A stretch of DNA of 37,104 nt, taken from positions 1 to 37,104 of the forward strand of contig DASSXV010000035.1 of assembly GCA_035703635.1 (NCBI GenBank), written 5' to 3'. The notes under the pieces are model-generated. The model saw only the letters and a program-made list of their open reading frames with translations, was not told the DNA's origin and made no database searches. The translations under genes were made by a program, and so were the position numbers. This document shows positions 1 through 10,417 of the stretch, piece after piece. The first letter of the stretch is position 1, and each line of letters opens with the position of its first letter. Source of the stretch: Trueperaceae bacterium. GTDB lineage: Bacteria > Deinococcota > Deinococci > Deinococcales > Trueperaceae.

Positions 1-149
1 CCCTCCGCGCACCTTGATGGCCGTCAAGTTCCGGTGGAGTTCGCCCCATAGCGGCCCACTGCGAGGCGATTCGCCGGCGGTGGCCATTCGCACACAGCCC
101 AGGCGCTTCATAACGGGTAGAGTCTTGACTCAAACAGGGCAATGGAGCC

Positions 150-2180
150 TTGTCTGTTGGGGGAACGCTTACGCAGGCCGGGCGCGTCGTTGAGGAAGGC
201 GTGTTCGGAGTGGGGTTTGCAGATGTGATCGAACCGATCGGGGCCACGCTTGGGGCCATACAGCAGCGTTTAGCCAGTCACAAGCGGCTGGTCTACGGCA
301 TCATCCTCACGATGATCGCCGCAGACTCGCTCATAGCTGTAGCGGTCACTCACACTTCCTCGAATCCGCTGGCTAGTTACGCCATCGTTGGTATCAGCCA
401 ACTGGGCGCCATCCTCATCTGGACCGTCAAGAGCCTGGCGCGCTTCGTCGAGGTGGCGGGGTTCGTCGTCGGAAGCGTCGCCACCCTCGCGCTGCTCGCG
501 CTCGCGCTGCAGGGCGAACCCACCACCCACGCAGAGGCAATCCGCACCTACAGCAACTGGTTGACCCTCTTCTTCGTATGGGCGTACTTGGCGCTGGGCA
601 GCCGCCAGGCATTGGCTGCGTCCGCCTTGCTACTCGCGGCGGGCATCTTCATAGTGGGCTGGCACGTCACGCAGGCGACGCAGCCGGAGATGAGGACGAC
701 GGAGGCGGCGGCCGCTTTCGATCTAGTGCTGGTCGGCGTCGCGTACCTCCTGCTCCTCTACATGCTCACGTACTCGCTCGAGCGCCGCAGCGCCGCGCTG
801 GCAGCTGAGGAGACCGCCACCAAGATCCTTGCCCTCGACCCCCTGACGGGCATCGCGAACCGCGCCGCCTTCCACCGCCTCCACCAGGAGCTCGTGCGCG
901 GCGCCAACGTCAAGCCGTTCGCGTTGTTCATCGTCGACATCGACGATTTCAAGAGCATCAACGAGCGCTTCGGCACCACTGTAGGTGACGACATCTTGCG
1001 CGAGACGGCGCTGCGCATAAGTAACGCCGTCGGTGGCGATGCGCGTGTCGTGGCGCGGCTGGGGGCGGACGAGTTCGGCGTCGTCATAGATGGCGAGCTC
1101 GACGAGGTGCAGGCCGCCGCCACCGCCACCCTGTTGGAGCGCGTGTTCAGGCCGCCGTACGTGGCGGGCGGTGGGCGGCTACAGGTAACGTCGACCATCG
1201 GCATCAGCCGCTACCCGACGGATGCTGGCACGCAGGCCGATCAGATCACGCAAGCCGAGGCCGCCGTAGCTAGCGCCAAGCGCACGGGTGAGGGCCACCG
1301 CCTTGCCGTGGTCGACACCCGCGAAGCCGAGCGCCTCGCCCTCGCGCGCGACTTGCGTGAGGCCGTTGGCCGCGGCGAGCTCGAGCTGCACTATCAGCCC
1401 GTTGCCGCCGTGCGCGAGTTGGCTAGCGCGGGGGAGTCGGACGTGCGCGAAACGACCGTTGAGATCCGCAGCGTCGAGTCGCTACTGCGTTGGCGCCACC
1501 CGCGTCTTGGACTGTTGCCGCCAGGCGAGTTCATCCCGCTCGCCGAACGCACCGGGCTGATCGTGCCATTAGGCGAGTGGGTGTTGGAGGAGGCGTGCCG
1601 CCAGGCCCGCGCTTGGCAGGACGGTCCGGTCGGCCCACTCACGGTGAGCGTCAACGTTTCCCCTCACCAGTTCAGCCACCCTGGCCTCGTGCCTGCCATC
1701 GAGCGGGCGCTTGCGCGTTCCGGCCTCGCACCGCAGCGCCTGGTCGTTGAGATCACGGAGACGAGCGTCGGGCAGCCCGTCGTCGCCGAACGCATGGCGC
1801 GCATCAGGCGTCTCGGCGTGCGCGTCGCCATCGACGATTTCGGCGCGGGTTACTCGTCGCTCGGGCGCCTGCATAACCTCCCGATAGATTTCGTGAAGCT
1901 CGACAGGTCGTTCGTCGCGCAGCTCGACCATGGGCACGAACGCTCGAATTTGGTGGTGCAAGCGGCGGTGCAGTTGGCTCACGGCTTGGGCGCCAGGGTA
2001 GTGGCAGAGGGCATCGAGCGCCCCGAGCAGGCTGCTGCGGCAGCTGAGGCTGGCTGCGACTACCTGCAGGGTTACCTCATCGCCAAACCGATGCCGGGCC
2101 CGACCTTCAGTGACACTTGGCGGGCTGGCGACGCGCGCAGTTACCGCAGCGAGGTCCACGAGTTGACGGCCTTGCGCTGA
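150..2180 (+). CDS. Membrane-anchored GGDEF-EAL protein (c-di-GMP turnover; EAL looks intact, GGDEF variant GADEF)
   Basis: About 6 hydrophobic segments, then DPLTGIANR, DIDDFKSINERFG, RLGADEF; EAL domain with ESLLRW, EITE, DDFGAGYSS, KLDRSFV, EGIE, QGY. Start uncertain (TTG 150 or in-frame GTG 225). Confidence 0.9.
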   Translation: MSVGGTLTQAGRVVEEGVFGVGFADVIEPIGATLGAIQQRLASHKRLVYGIILTMIAADSLIAVAVTHTSSNPLASYAIVGISQLGAILIWTVKSLARFVEVAGFVVGSVATLALLALALQGEPTTHAEAIRTYSNWLTLFFVWAYLALGSRQALAASALLLAAGIFIVGWHVTQATQPEMRTTEAAAAFDLVLVGVAYLLLLYMLTYSLERRSAALAAEETATKILALDPLTGIANRAAFHRLHQELVRGANVKPFALFIVDIDDFKSINERFGTTVGDDILRETALRISNAVGGDARVVARLGADEFGVVIDGELDEVQAAATATLLERVFRPPYVAGGGRLQVTSTIGISRYPTDAGTQADQITQAEAAVASAKRTGEGHRLAVVDTREAERLALARDLREAVGRGELELHYQPVAAVRELASAGESDVRETTVEIRSVESLLRWRHPRLGLLPPGEFIPLAERTGLIVPLGEWVLEEACRQARAWQDGPVGPLTVSVNVSPHQFSHPGLVPAIERALARSGLAPQRLVVEITETSVGQPVVAERMARIRRLGVRVAIDDFGAGYSSLGRLHNLPIDFVKLDRSFVAQLDHGHERSNLVVQAAVQLAHGLGARVVAEGIERPEQAAAAAEAGCDYLQGYLIAKPMPGPTFSDTWRAGDARSYRSEVHELTALR

Positions 2181-2183
2181 GCG

Positions 2184-3233
2184 TCAGTCGCGGAAGGCGA
2201 CAACGGCGCTAACGGGCCGGTGGTCGGACGCCGCGCTCCACGGCTGCATCTTCACGGCCACGGTCGACAGCTCGCGCGAGTGGAAGACGTAATCGATCCG
2301 CAGCAACCAGGCAGGCAGCGCGAGGCGCCATGGCCCGCTAGCCCGTGGGCCGCCATGAAAGGTGCTGCCGAACCCGAAACCCGCCCGGCGCCACGTGTCC
2401 GTTAGTTGGCCAACGAGGGTGCGGTATGCGCCGCTGCGTTCGGTGGTGTTGAAGTCGCCGAGTGCGATCACGGGCACTTCCGAGCTGCTGACCAGCTCGA
2501 CGAGGGCGACGGCGACCGCCTCGCGCGAGGTAACGGCGCGCGTGATCTCCTCCGGCCAGATCTGCGGGAAGCGCGGCGTCGACAAGTTATGCACGTTGAC
2601 GATGAGCACGTCCCCGCGCGGGTGGTGGAGGAGGGTCGTTTGAGGGTTGCGGGTGGACGGGCCGCCAAGGTCGGCGCTGACGGCCTCGACAGGAAAGGCT
2701 GAGAAGAGCCCGAGGCTGCCCCAGTCGCCGCAGGCCGGGCACGGCGCGAGGTCGTAGTAGGGGTGCGTTGCTTCCAGGCGTTCGGCGAGCTCGAGCCCTA
2801 CATCACCATTGAGCTCCTGCAGCGCGACGACCTGTGCGCCGGATGCGAGGATGGCGCCGACAATGGCGTCCGGGTCGTTGTCGCCCGCCATGACGTTATA
2901 GGTCATCACCGTGATGGTGCTCTGCGCGTCGACTACGGCCGGCCCATCGGTCTTCGCAGGTAGTAGCGACCCAGCCCACAACATGGTGGCGATAGCCACC
3001 GGCACTAGGCCGACGGCCGCGAGCTGGCGCCGTTTCGTGAGCCACGCCACGAGCAGCGCCATGGGCACGGGCATGAACATTATCGGGGCAAGCGAGTTGC
3101 CTACGAACAGCCACCACCAGCGGTCTGCGAACGTCAGGTAGAGGAGGTACCAGGCGGTCGGGACGATGAACACTAGTGCCAACAGCGCCGTAAGGACTAC
3201 GGTGAGGGCGGTGGCGGCGGCGCGTCCAGGCAT
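2184..3233 (-). CDS. Endonuclease/exonuclease/phosphatase (EEP) family protein with N-terminal membrane segments
   Basis: Motifs MTYNV, ALQE, GDFN, RIDYVF, SDHRPV. ATG at 3233 lies 6 nt after a TAGGCT -10 hexamer (leaderless). Confidence 0.88.
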   Translation of the reverse strand: MPGRAAATALTVVLTALLALVFIVPTAWYLLYLTFADRWWWLFVGNSLAPIMFMPVPMALLVAWLTKRRQLAAVGLVPVAIATMLWAGSLLPAKTDGPAVVDAQSTITVMTYNVMAGDNDPDAIVGAILASGAQVVALQELNGDVGLELAERLEATHPYYDLAPCPACGDWGSLGLFSAFPVEAVSADLGGPSTRNPQTTLLHHPRGDVLIVNVHNLSTPRFPQIWPEEITRAVTSREAVAVALVELVSSSEVPVIALGDFNTTERSGAYRTLVGQLTDTWRRAGFGFGSTFHGGPRASGPWRLALPAWLLRIDYVFHSRELSTVAVKMQPWSAASDHRPVSAVVAFRD

Positions 3234-3306
3234 CGCCAAAGCCTAACGCGGGTCGGTGTAGCCGCGGTGTGGAGGCCCCGATCCGCCGGCCCACACCACC
3301 CGCTCC

Positions 3307-3335
3307 TTGTAATCGGAACGATTCCTAGTTAGGAT
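3307..3335 (+). promoter_or_regulatory. Sigma70-type promoter of the P-type ATPase with an operator-like palindrome in the spacer
   Basis: TTGTAA (3307-3312), 17 nt, TAGGAT (3330-3335), then GTG start 6 nt later. The spacer contains TCGGAACGATTCCTA (3313-3327). Confidence 0.65.
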
Positions 3336-3341
3336 GGATGC

Positions 3342-5369
<2,028 letters not shown>

Positions 5370-5387
5370 GTCGCAGCCACCCTGGCC

Positions 5388-6512
5388 TTAGGAAGCGCTG
5401 ATCGGCGCCTCGAACCCATCGCCCTCGTGGGCCACGAACGCCGCTATGAAGGTGTCGTACGAGGTTGACTTGTCGCTCTGCTGCCTGATGTCGCCCTCGG
5501 CGAACGCGGCTTGGAAGGTTCGCAGCACCTCGGGGTCGAAGTGCGTGCCGCTGCCTTCGTCCAGCAACTGCAGCGCTTCCTCGACGGGCATCGGCCGGCG
5601 GTAAGGCCTTTCGCTTGTGATCGCCTCGAACACGTCGGCCACCGCGATGATGCGGCCGAACAACGGGATCTCGCTGCCGACCAACCTCCGCGGGTAACCC
5701 GTGCCGTCCCACTTCTCGTGGTGAGAGTAGACGCCCGCGCCTATCTGCAAGAACGCGTCAGACACGGAAACCAAGATGTCGCGGCCGAGGCGGGCGTGGT
5801 GACGCATGACCGCGAACTCCTCGTCAGTCAACGGCCCTGGCTTGCGCAAGATGGCCTCAGGCACGCCGATCTTGCCCAGGTCGTGGAGCAGCCCGGACCA
5901 GTAGAGCTGGTTGAGGTCGTCCTCCGCCAAACCGAGCCTGCGTCCGATGGTGACGGCGTTCTCGGCGACGCGCTCGCAGTGGCCCGAAGTTCCTTCGTCG
6001 CGCTGCGCGACCATGCCTGCGAACAGCCGCAGGTTCCGCGAGTAGGTCTGCGACAGCGAGGCCTGCAGCCGCTCAGAGCGGGCCAACCGCACGCGCAGGA
6101 GCGATGCGGCCGCCCCGATGATCACGCCAGTGAACGCGAACAGCAGCAGCCGGAACAACCACGTCGCCGTCGGCTGCCGTAAGGCCTCAGCTGTGTCCAA
6201 CGCCGTGAACGGCCCGACGAGCAGGCCCGCAGTCACGCCAGCTACCAGGCCGCCGCCCGTGCCGTAAAGGAACGCGGACGCAGCGATCGTCACGTACATG
6301 AGGTGAAGGGCCGAGTGCTGCGTGCCACCCGTAGCCAGCACGAGCGCCGCGATCGCCAACTGCGTGGCGACGAGACCCGCCGTAAGCACCAACCTCCAGG
6401 CCGGGCGCGGCGACCACAACGTGTCCGCAAACCAACCGATCCGCCGGGCAACGGGCCCCTCTAACAGCCCCCCGGCTGCCGGTGACACCGGGATAGTCGG
6501 TGAAGTCCTCAT
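5388..6512 (-). CDS. HD-GYP domain protein with N-terminal membrane domain (probable cyclic dinucleotide phosphodiesterase)
   Basis: HCERV, LLHDLGKIG, HHEKWDGTGYP, ADVFEAITSERPY, HFDP; 4 hydrophobic segments at the N-terminus. Confidence 0.9.
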   Translation of the reverse strand: MRTSPTIPVSPAAGGLLEGPVARRIGWFADTLWSPRPAWRLVLTAGLVATQLAIAALVLATGGTQHSALHLMYVTIAASAFLYGTGGGLVAGVTAGLLVGPFTALDTAEALRQPTATWLFRLLLFAFTGVIIGAAASLLRVRLARSERLQASLSQTYSRNLRLFAGMVAQRDEGTSGHCERVAENAVTIGRRLGLAEDDLNQLYWSGLLHDLGKIGVPEAILRKPGPLTDEEFAVMRHHARLGRDILVSVSDAFLQIGAGVYSHHEKWDGTGYPRRLVGSEIPLFGRIIAVADVFEAITSERPYRRPMPVEEALQLLDEGSGTHFDPEVLRTFQAAFAEGDIRQQSDKSTSYDTFIAAFVAHEGDGFEAPISAS

Positions 6513-6712
6513 AGCCCTCCAACGACGGCGCGCGCGGTCTCAACCCCCTGAACGTGCGCGGCGCCTAGCTTGGATTGTCGGCCGTTGGCGGAGAAGTCGA
6601 AGCTAGGGTTCTCACATCGGTGGGGTTCTGCCTACTCCCCCTAGGCTGCAGCCAACTTCCCCGACACCTCGAAGGTCCCCCTCGCCTAGTCTCACTCCAG
6701 GAGGAGACCGGC

Positions 6713-7318
6713 GTGCACGAAGCGACCAAACAACCCGTTGCTAGCGGCATCCGCTCCTGTGGTCAGGCTCTTGTTAGGCGCTGGGCAGCGCCGCTTTCGC
6801 TCTGCATACTGCTTGCCGGCTCCGTAGTTGCCGCCCCCGCCTACCTCGGCGCCCGCGCCAGTCGGGCCTGGAACGCCACCCCGTTCAGCGTCTCGTCCGT
6901 GCCCGTCGTGCTGCAAGCGGCGCGTAACGACTGCGGACCCGCCGCTCTGGCCGCCCTCCTCATCTGGGCAGACCGGGCAACACCGTTGGCGACCATCACG
7001 TCTGCAGCACGCCTTGGGCCAGACGGCATCAGCCTGGGCGAGTTCGCTCGCGTTGCCGAGGCGTTCGGGCTGCCGGGCGCTTGGTACCACCTTGAGGCCG
7101 ATCGCTTAACGACGGTCGGAACTCCGTTCGTTGCTCACGTAACAGCCGCTACCGGCACGCCAGGCGCTTCGCAACTCGGCCACCTGGTCGTCGTGTGGGC
7201 TGCCGGCGGCGGCGCGGTGCTCCTCTCCGACCCGGCCGTCGGCGCCAGCGTCGTGCCGCTCGCCGAGTTCGCGCGCCGTTACACGGGTAGGGCGTACCTC
7301 TTGGGGACCGACTCATGA
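6713..7318 (+). CDS. Stand-alone C39-family cysteine peptidase with N-terminal signal/anchor
   Basis: Q-x4-DCGPAAL (catalytic Cys), GISLGEF, GHLVVV (His), DPAVG, EFARRYTG. Hydrophobic N-terminal stretch. AGGAGG RBS before GTG 6713. No ABC domains. Confidence 0.85.
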   Translation: MHEATKQPVASGIRSCGQALVRRWAAPLSLCILLAGSVVAAPAYLGARASRAWNATPFSVSSVPVVLQAARNDCGPAALAALLIWADRATPLATITSAARLGPDGISLGEFARVAEAFGLPGAWYHLEADRLTTVGTPFVAHVTAATGTPGASQLGHLVVVWAAGGGAVLLSDPAVGASVVPLAEFARRYTGRAYLLGTDS

Positions 7319-8814
7319 CCCGCTCCTTCACTGCGGGCCTGGTCAGCGCCACGCTGTTGGCCGTCGCTACGCGCCCTTGGGGCCTGGCGTTCCTTGCGTG
7401 GGTGGCGTTAGTGCCTGCCTTCCTAGCAATGTGCCTAGCCGCTTGGCGCAACCGCGGGGCGCTGATCGCGGGCACAACGGGCTTCATCGCCGCCATCGGC
7501 TTCACGTCCGTGGCGTACGAGGCCGTCCTCGGCCTCTCCCTAACGGCTTACGTTGCCGTGGTCCTCGGCGCCGCGGTGCCTTTCGGCTTGACGGCTGCCG
7601 CTGCTACTTGGGCCGTTAGGCGCCTCGGTTCTGGCAGCGCCTTGTTGGCCTACCCAGCGTTCTGGTGCGCGGCCGAGGTGTTCGTGCGCCAAGAGTGGCT
7701 GCTCGGCCGCTGGAGTTTGCAGCTCTCGGCCATCGGCTACACGCAGTCAGGCAGCGCCGCCGTGCACCTCGCGCGCTTCAGCTCCGTCACCGCCGTCAGC
7801 CTCGCCATCTTGGTGGTTAACGGCGCGCTGGCCACGTGGCTGCAAGGCTCGGGGCGTCATCGCGGCGCTTTCGGGCTGGCCGTCGTGGCGCTAGCCGTGT
7901 GGCTGGCGTGGCGCACCGCTCCGCCGCTACACACTGGCGGCACGCCTGACGCCCTCACGCGCGTTAGCGTGCTGCAGCCTGGCCTGCCAGCAGCGGCGCG
8001 CGGCGCGGCTCTGCACCACCCTGGAGTCGCTAGCGAGTTGCTGGCCCACTTGGCGGAGTTGAGCACGCCGGCCGGGGGAGAGAGGCAAGGACCCGCCACG
8101 CCGCTCGAGCCCGCACTCGAGATCTGGCCCGAGGCCGTATGGCCCGGCCGGTTGCGGCACGCAGGCACGCTGTCTGCGCCGGTTTCACCCCTCGTAGCAG
8201 GGCAACTGGCGAACCGTCCCCCGATTCTGCTTGGCGCCGCCAGCCATCACACTTTCACCGGCGCAGCTAGCAACGCGGCGTTCACCCTGACAGGCACGAC
8301 CCTCACGCATGTATTCGACAAGCGGCACCCAGTTCCCCTTGCTGAGGATGGCCTCGCAAGGTCCACCGGTCCGGTGGTCGTGAGCCTGGGCGGGGTACTA
8401 GTGGCGCCGCTCATCTGTTACGACGTTGCCTTCCCGGCCACGGTGCGCGCAGCTGCGCGCACCGGAGCGGAGTTGCTCGCCGTTCTCACGGACGACACTT
8501 TCGCCGCCGGAAGCGACGTTCCTCTTCAACACCTACGCGTGGCGCAGCTCCGCGCGGTCGAGAGCGGCATGTGGTTGGCCTTCGCCTCCAATGGCGGACC
8601 AAGTGCCCTCATCGACCCAGCCGGGCGGCTCGCGGTCCTCTCCGGGCTCGGAGAGACCGTGGTGCTGAGCGCCATGACGAGGCTAGGGACCGGCTCGACC
8701 CCGTACTTGACTTACGGGGACTGGGTCGGGGTGCTCGCCTGCCTGGCTAGTGCGGGCATGGCGGGCGTTGCGGGGCTAAAGGGGGGTGCAAGTCGGTTAC
8801 CGCAGCCAACCTGA
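7315..8814 (+). CDS. lnt: Apolipoprotein N-acyltransferase (Lnt)-family protein, divergent
   Basis: Multi-TM N-terminus plus nitrilase fold with E-K-C triad: IWPE, DKRHPVPLAE, ICYD. Also RAVESG and TPYLTYGDW. ATGA overlap with the C39 gene. Confidence 0.82.
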   Translation: MTRSFTAGLVSATLLAVATRPWGLAFLAWVALVPAFLAMCLAAWRNRGALIAGTTGFIAAIGFTSVAYEAVLGLSLTAYVAVVLGAAVPFGLTAAAATWAVRRLGSGSALLAYPAFWCAAEVFVRQEWLLGRWSLQLSAIGYTQSGSAAVHLARFSSVTAVSLAILVVNGALATWLQGSGRHRGAFGLAVVALAVWLAWRTAPPLHTGGTPDALTRVSVLQPGLPAAARGAALHHPGVASELLAHLAELSTPAGGERQGPATPLEPALEIWPEAVWPGRLRHAGTLSAPVSPLVAGQLANRPPILLGAASHHTFTGAASNAAFTLTGTTLTHVFDKRHPVPLAEDGLARSTGPVVVSLGGVLVAPLICYDVAFPATVRAAARTGAELLAVLTDDTFAAGSDVPLQHLRVAQLRAVESGMWLAFASNGGPSALIDPAGRLAVLSGLGETVVLSAMTRLGTGSTPYLTYGDWVGVLACLASAGMAGVAGLKGGASRLPQPT

Positions 8815-8842
8815 AGCCCCTCGCTACCCGATCGGAGTAACC

Positions 8843-9463
8843 ATGCTCGGAGTACCAGTGAAACGCCTCGCCCTATGGACCGTAAGCACCTTCTTGCTCA
8901 TGCTCCTCGCCAGCCCCGTCCAGTCGGCAACCGCAGCAGCCGACCTCGCGCCAGTCGGTGCACTCGAGCTCGTGAACGTCACGGCGGGCATCTGCCTCAA
9001 CTGCCCGCCAGAACAGCCGGCCGACCCCAAGCCGCCCAAGCCACCCAAGCTCACGGGCTACGTGTGGGAGCTCACCAGCTCCAAGCACTACGCCCCAACT
9101 CAGCTCAGTTACGCGCTCGCACGGGAATACGTCAACTCGTCCACCATGAACGTCAATTACACCTTCACCTACAGCGACGAGTGCACGCACGTCCTCACAA
9201 GCGGCGGCATCGGCATCTCCTCCTCCCTTAACCTCTCGGTCGGCACCGTGTACAAGTGCGCTGCACAGGACACCATGGAGATATCCGTTGCTCCCCGCAC
9301 ACGCGTGAAGCTCTACCGCGGCGCAATGCGCCAACTCGCCACCTACGTGGCCCACGAACTAGCCGTATACAGCGACGGATCGACCTCCCGCACCGGCCGT
9401 TCCGACAGCGGCACGACCGAAACCCGCTACTACCGCTACAACACCATTTCCAACCCACTCTAG
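8843..9463 (+). CDS. Secreted protein: signal peptide, double-glycine-like leader and Ser/Thr-rich beta domain (putative C39 substrate)
   Basis: GGAG RBS and ATG at 8843. Signal peptide MLGVPVKRLALWTVSTFLLMLLASPVQS, then LAPVGALELVNVTAG, ICLNC, a Pro/Lys linker and a beta-rich domain; 206 aa. Confidence 0.7.
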   Translation: MLGVPVKRLALWTVSTFLLMLLASPVQSATAAADLAPVGALELVNVTAGICLNCPPEQPADPKPPKPPKLTGYVWELTSSKHYAPTQLSYALAREYVNSSTMNVNYTFTYSDECTHVLTSGGIGISSSLNLSVGTVYKCAAQDTMEISVAPRTRVKLYRGAMRQLATYVAHELAVYSDGSTSRTGRSDSGTTETRYYRYNTISNPL

Positions 9464-9473
9464 GCACGACAAC

Positions 9474-9504
9474 GGTGGTGGGCCTAACCTAAAGGCCCAC
9501 CACC
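9474..9504 (+). other. Intergenic stem-loop (12-bp perfect stem, no U-tract)
   Basis: GGTGGTGGGCCT-aacctaa-AGGCCCACCACC, 10 nt after the 9463 stop. Confidence 0.7.
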
Positions 9505-9526
9505 CCCGATGCTCGGAAGGAGAGAC

Positions 9527-10417
9527 ATGCGCGAGCTCCCCAACGCCGCACACCGCCGTAGGCCAGTCCCGCGGACGCTCCTCAAGTGGGTGGCGGTCAG
9601 CGCCATTTGCGCCCTGACGACCACGGCACTTGCCGCCACGCCGCTGGTCGGCATTCACTACCAGGACCTCGAACCCGGCTCTACCGGCGAGATAACCATC
9701 GTCTTGCCGAACCCTGGGCTGGCGGACCCAACAGGCTTCGCGGCCACCTCCCACGACGCCTGCCTCAGCGTCGGCGACCTTTACAACACCCGCTTCGACA
9801 TCTGGCGCCTACCGGCAACCCTGTTAGGTGGGGAGGCGTGCCATGCCACCGTCACCGTCAGCGCACAGAGTAGTGCTGGCGAGTGGAGTGGCCTACTGTT
9901 CATCACGCTCAACCCCGTCACAGACGCCGCGCCCTTGGACCCCGACGCTGGGCTGACCCTCCGTTACGGCTCACGCACACCGTGGCTCGAAGTAACCGAA
10001 ACTCAGGCCCCGTACGCCTACGCGCAGCACGCGACCACCATCGCCGAGTTCACCTTCGAGAACGGCGCGGCGGCGCCCATCGCGATCATGAGCTTGAGCG
10101 TCGACCCCGACCGCCTAGCATCGTTGAGCCCCACGTTCTCACTTCATCAAGCGGGCGGCACGGTCGCTTACCAGCCCGTCTCGCCCGCTAGGTTCCCGCA
10201 GATTCGAGCCGCTCGAGGCGAGGGACTGGCTAGCCTTCAACCAGGCGGCACCGCGACCCTAGCCGTGGCCGTCGGAGCGGAGGCCGGACGGGGCAGCGAA
10301 CGCCTGGCAATCACGCTTGGCCTGCTACCGATCGTGCAGCTAGCCGGTGAGCACTACTACCTAACTGGAGCGGTGGCCACCTACTACTTCGAAGGCCAAG
10401 CGCATGGCACCCCTTGA
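9527..10417 (+). CDS. Hypothetical exported protein, beta-rich/Ig-like
   Basis: AAGGAG RBS before ATG 9527. Basic n-region (HRRRP), hydrophobic core and ALA cleavage motif. FENGAAAPIAI and LQPGGTATL are typical of Ig-like sandwiches. Confidence 0.6.
   Translation: MRELPNAAHRRRPVPRTLLKWVAVSAICALTTTALAATPLVGIHYQDLEPGSTGEITIVLPNPGLADPTGFAATSHDACLSVGDLYNTRFDIWRLPATLLGGEACHATVTVSAQSSAGEWSGLLFITLNPVTDAAPLDPDAGLTLRYGSRTPWLEVTETQAPYAYAQHATTIAEFTFENGAAAPIAIMSLSVDPDRLASLSPTFSLHQAGGTVAYQPVSPARFPQIRAARGEGLASLQPGGTATLAVAVGAEAGRGSERLAITLGLLPIVQLAGEHYYLTGAVATYYFEGQAHGTP

Noticed and set aside
6575-6712. Longer N-terminus for the C39 ORF
   Set aside because: TTG start without an RBS; a strong AGGAGG precedes GTG 6713.
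6513-6712. Possible c-di-GMP riboswitch between the HD-GYP and C39 genes
   Set aside because: No GEMM-I or class II consensus elements recognisable; only weak pairing.
8843-9463. Cargo as a Fap/curli amyloid subunit, a classical lipoprotein or a heme c protein
   Set aside because: No Asn/Gln-rich imperfect repeats; AGIC is not a lipobox and lies far from the h-region; CLNCP lacks the His of CxxCH.
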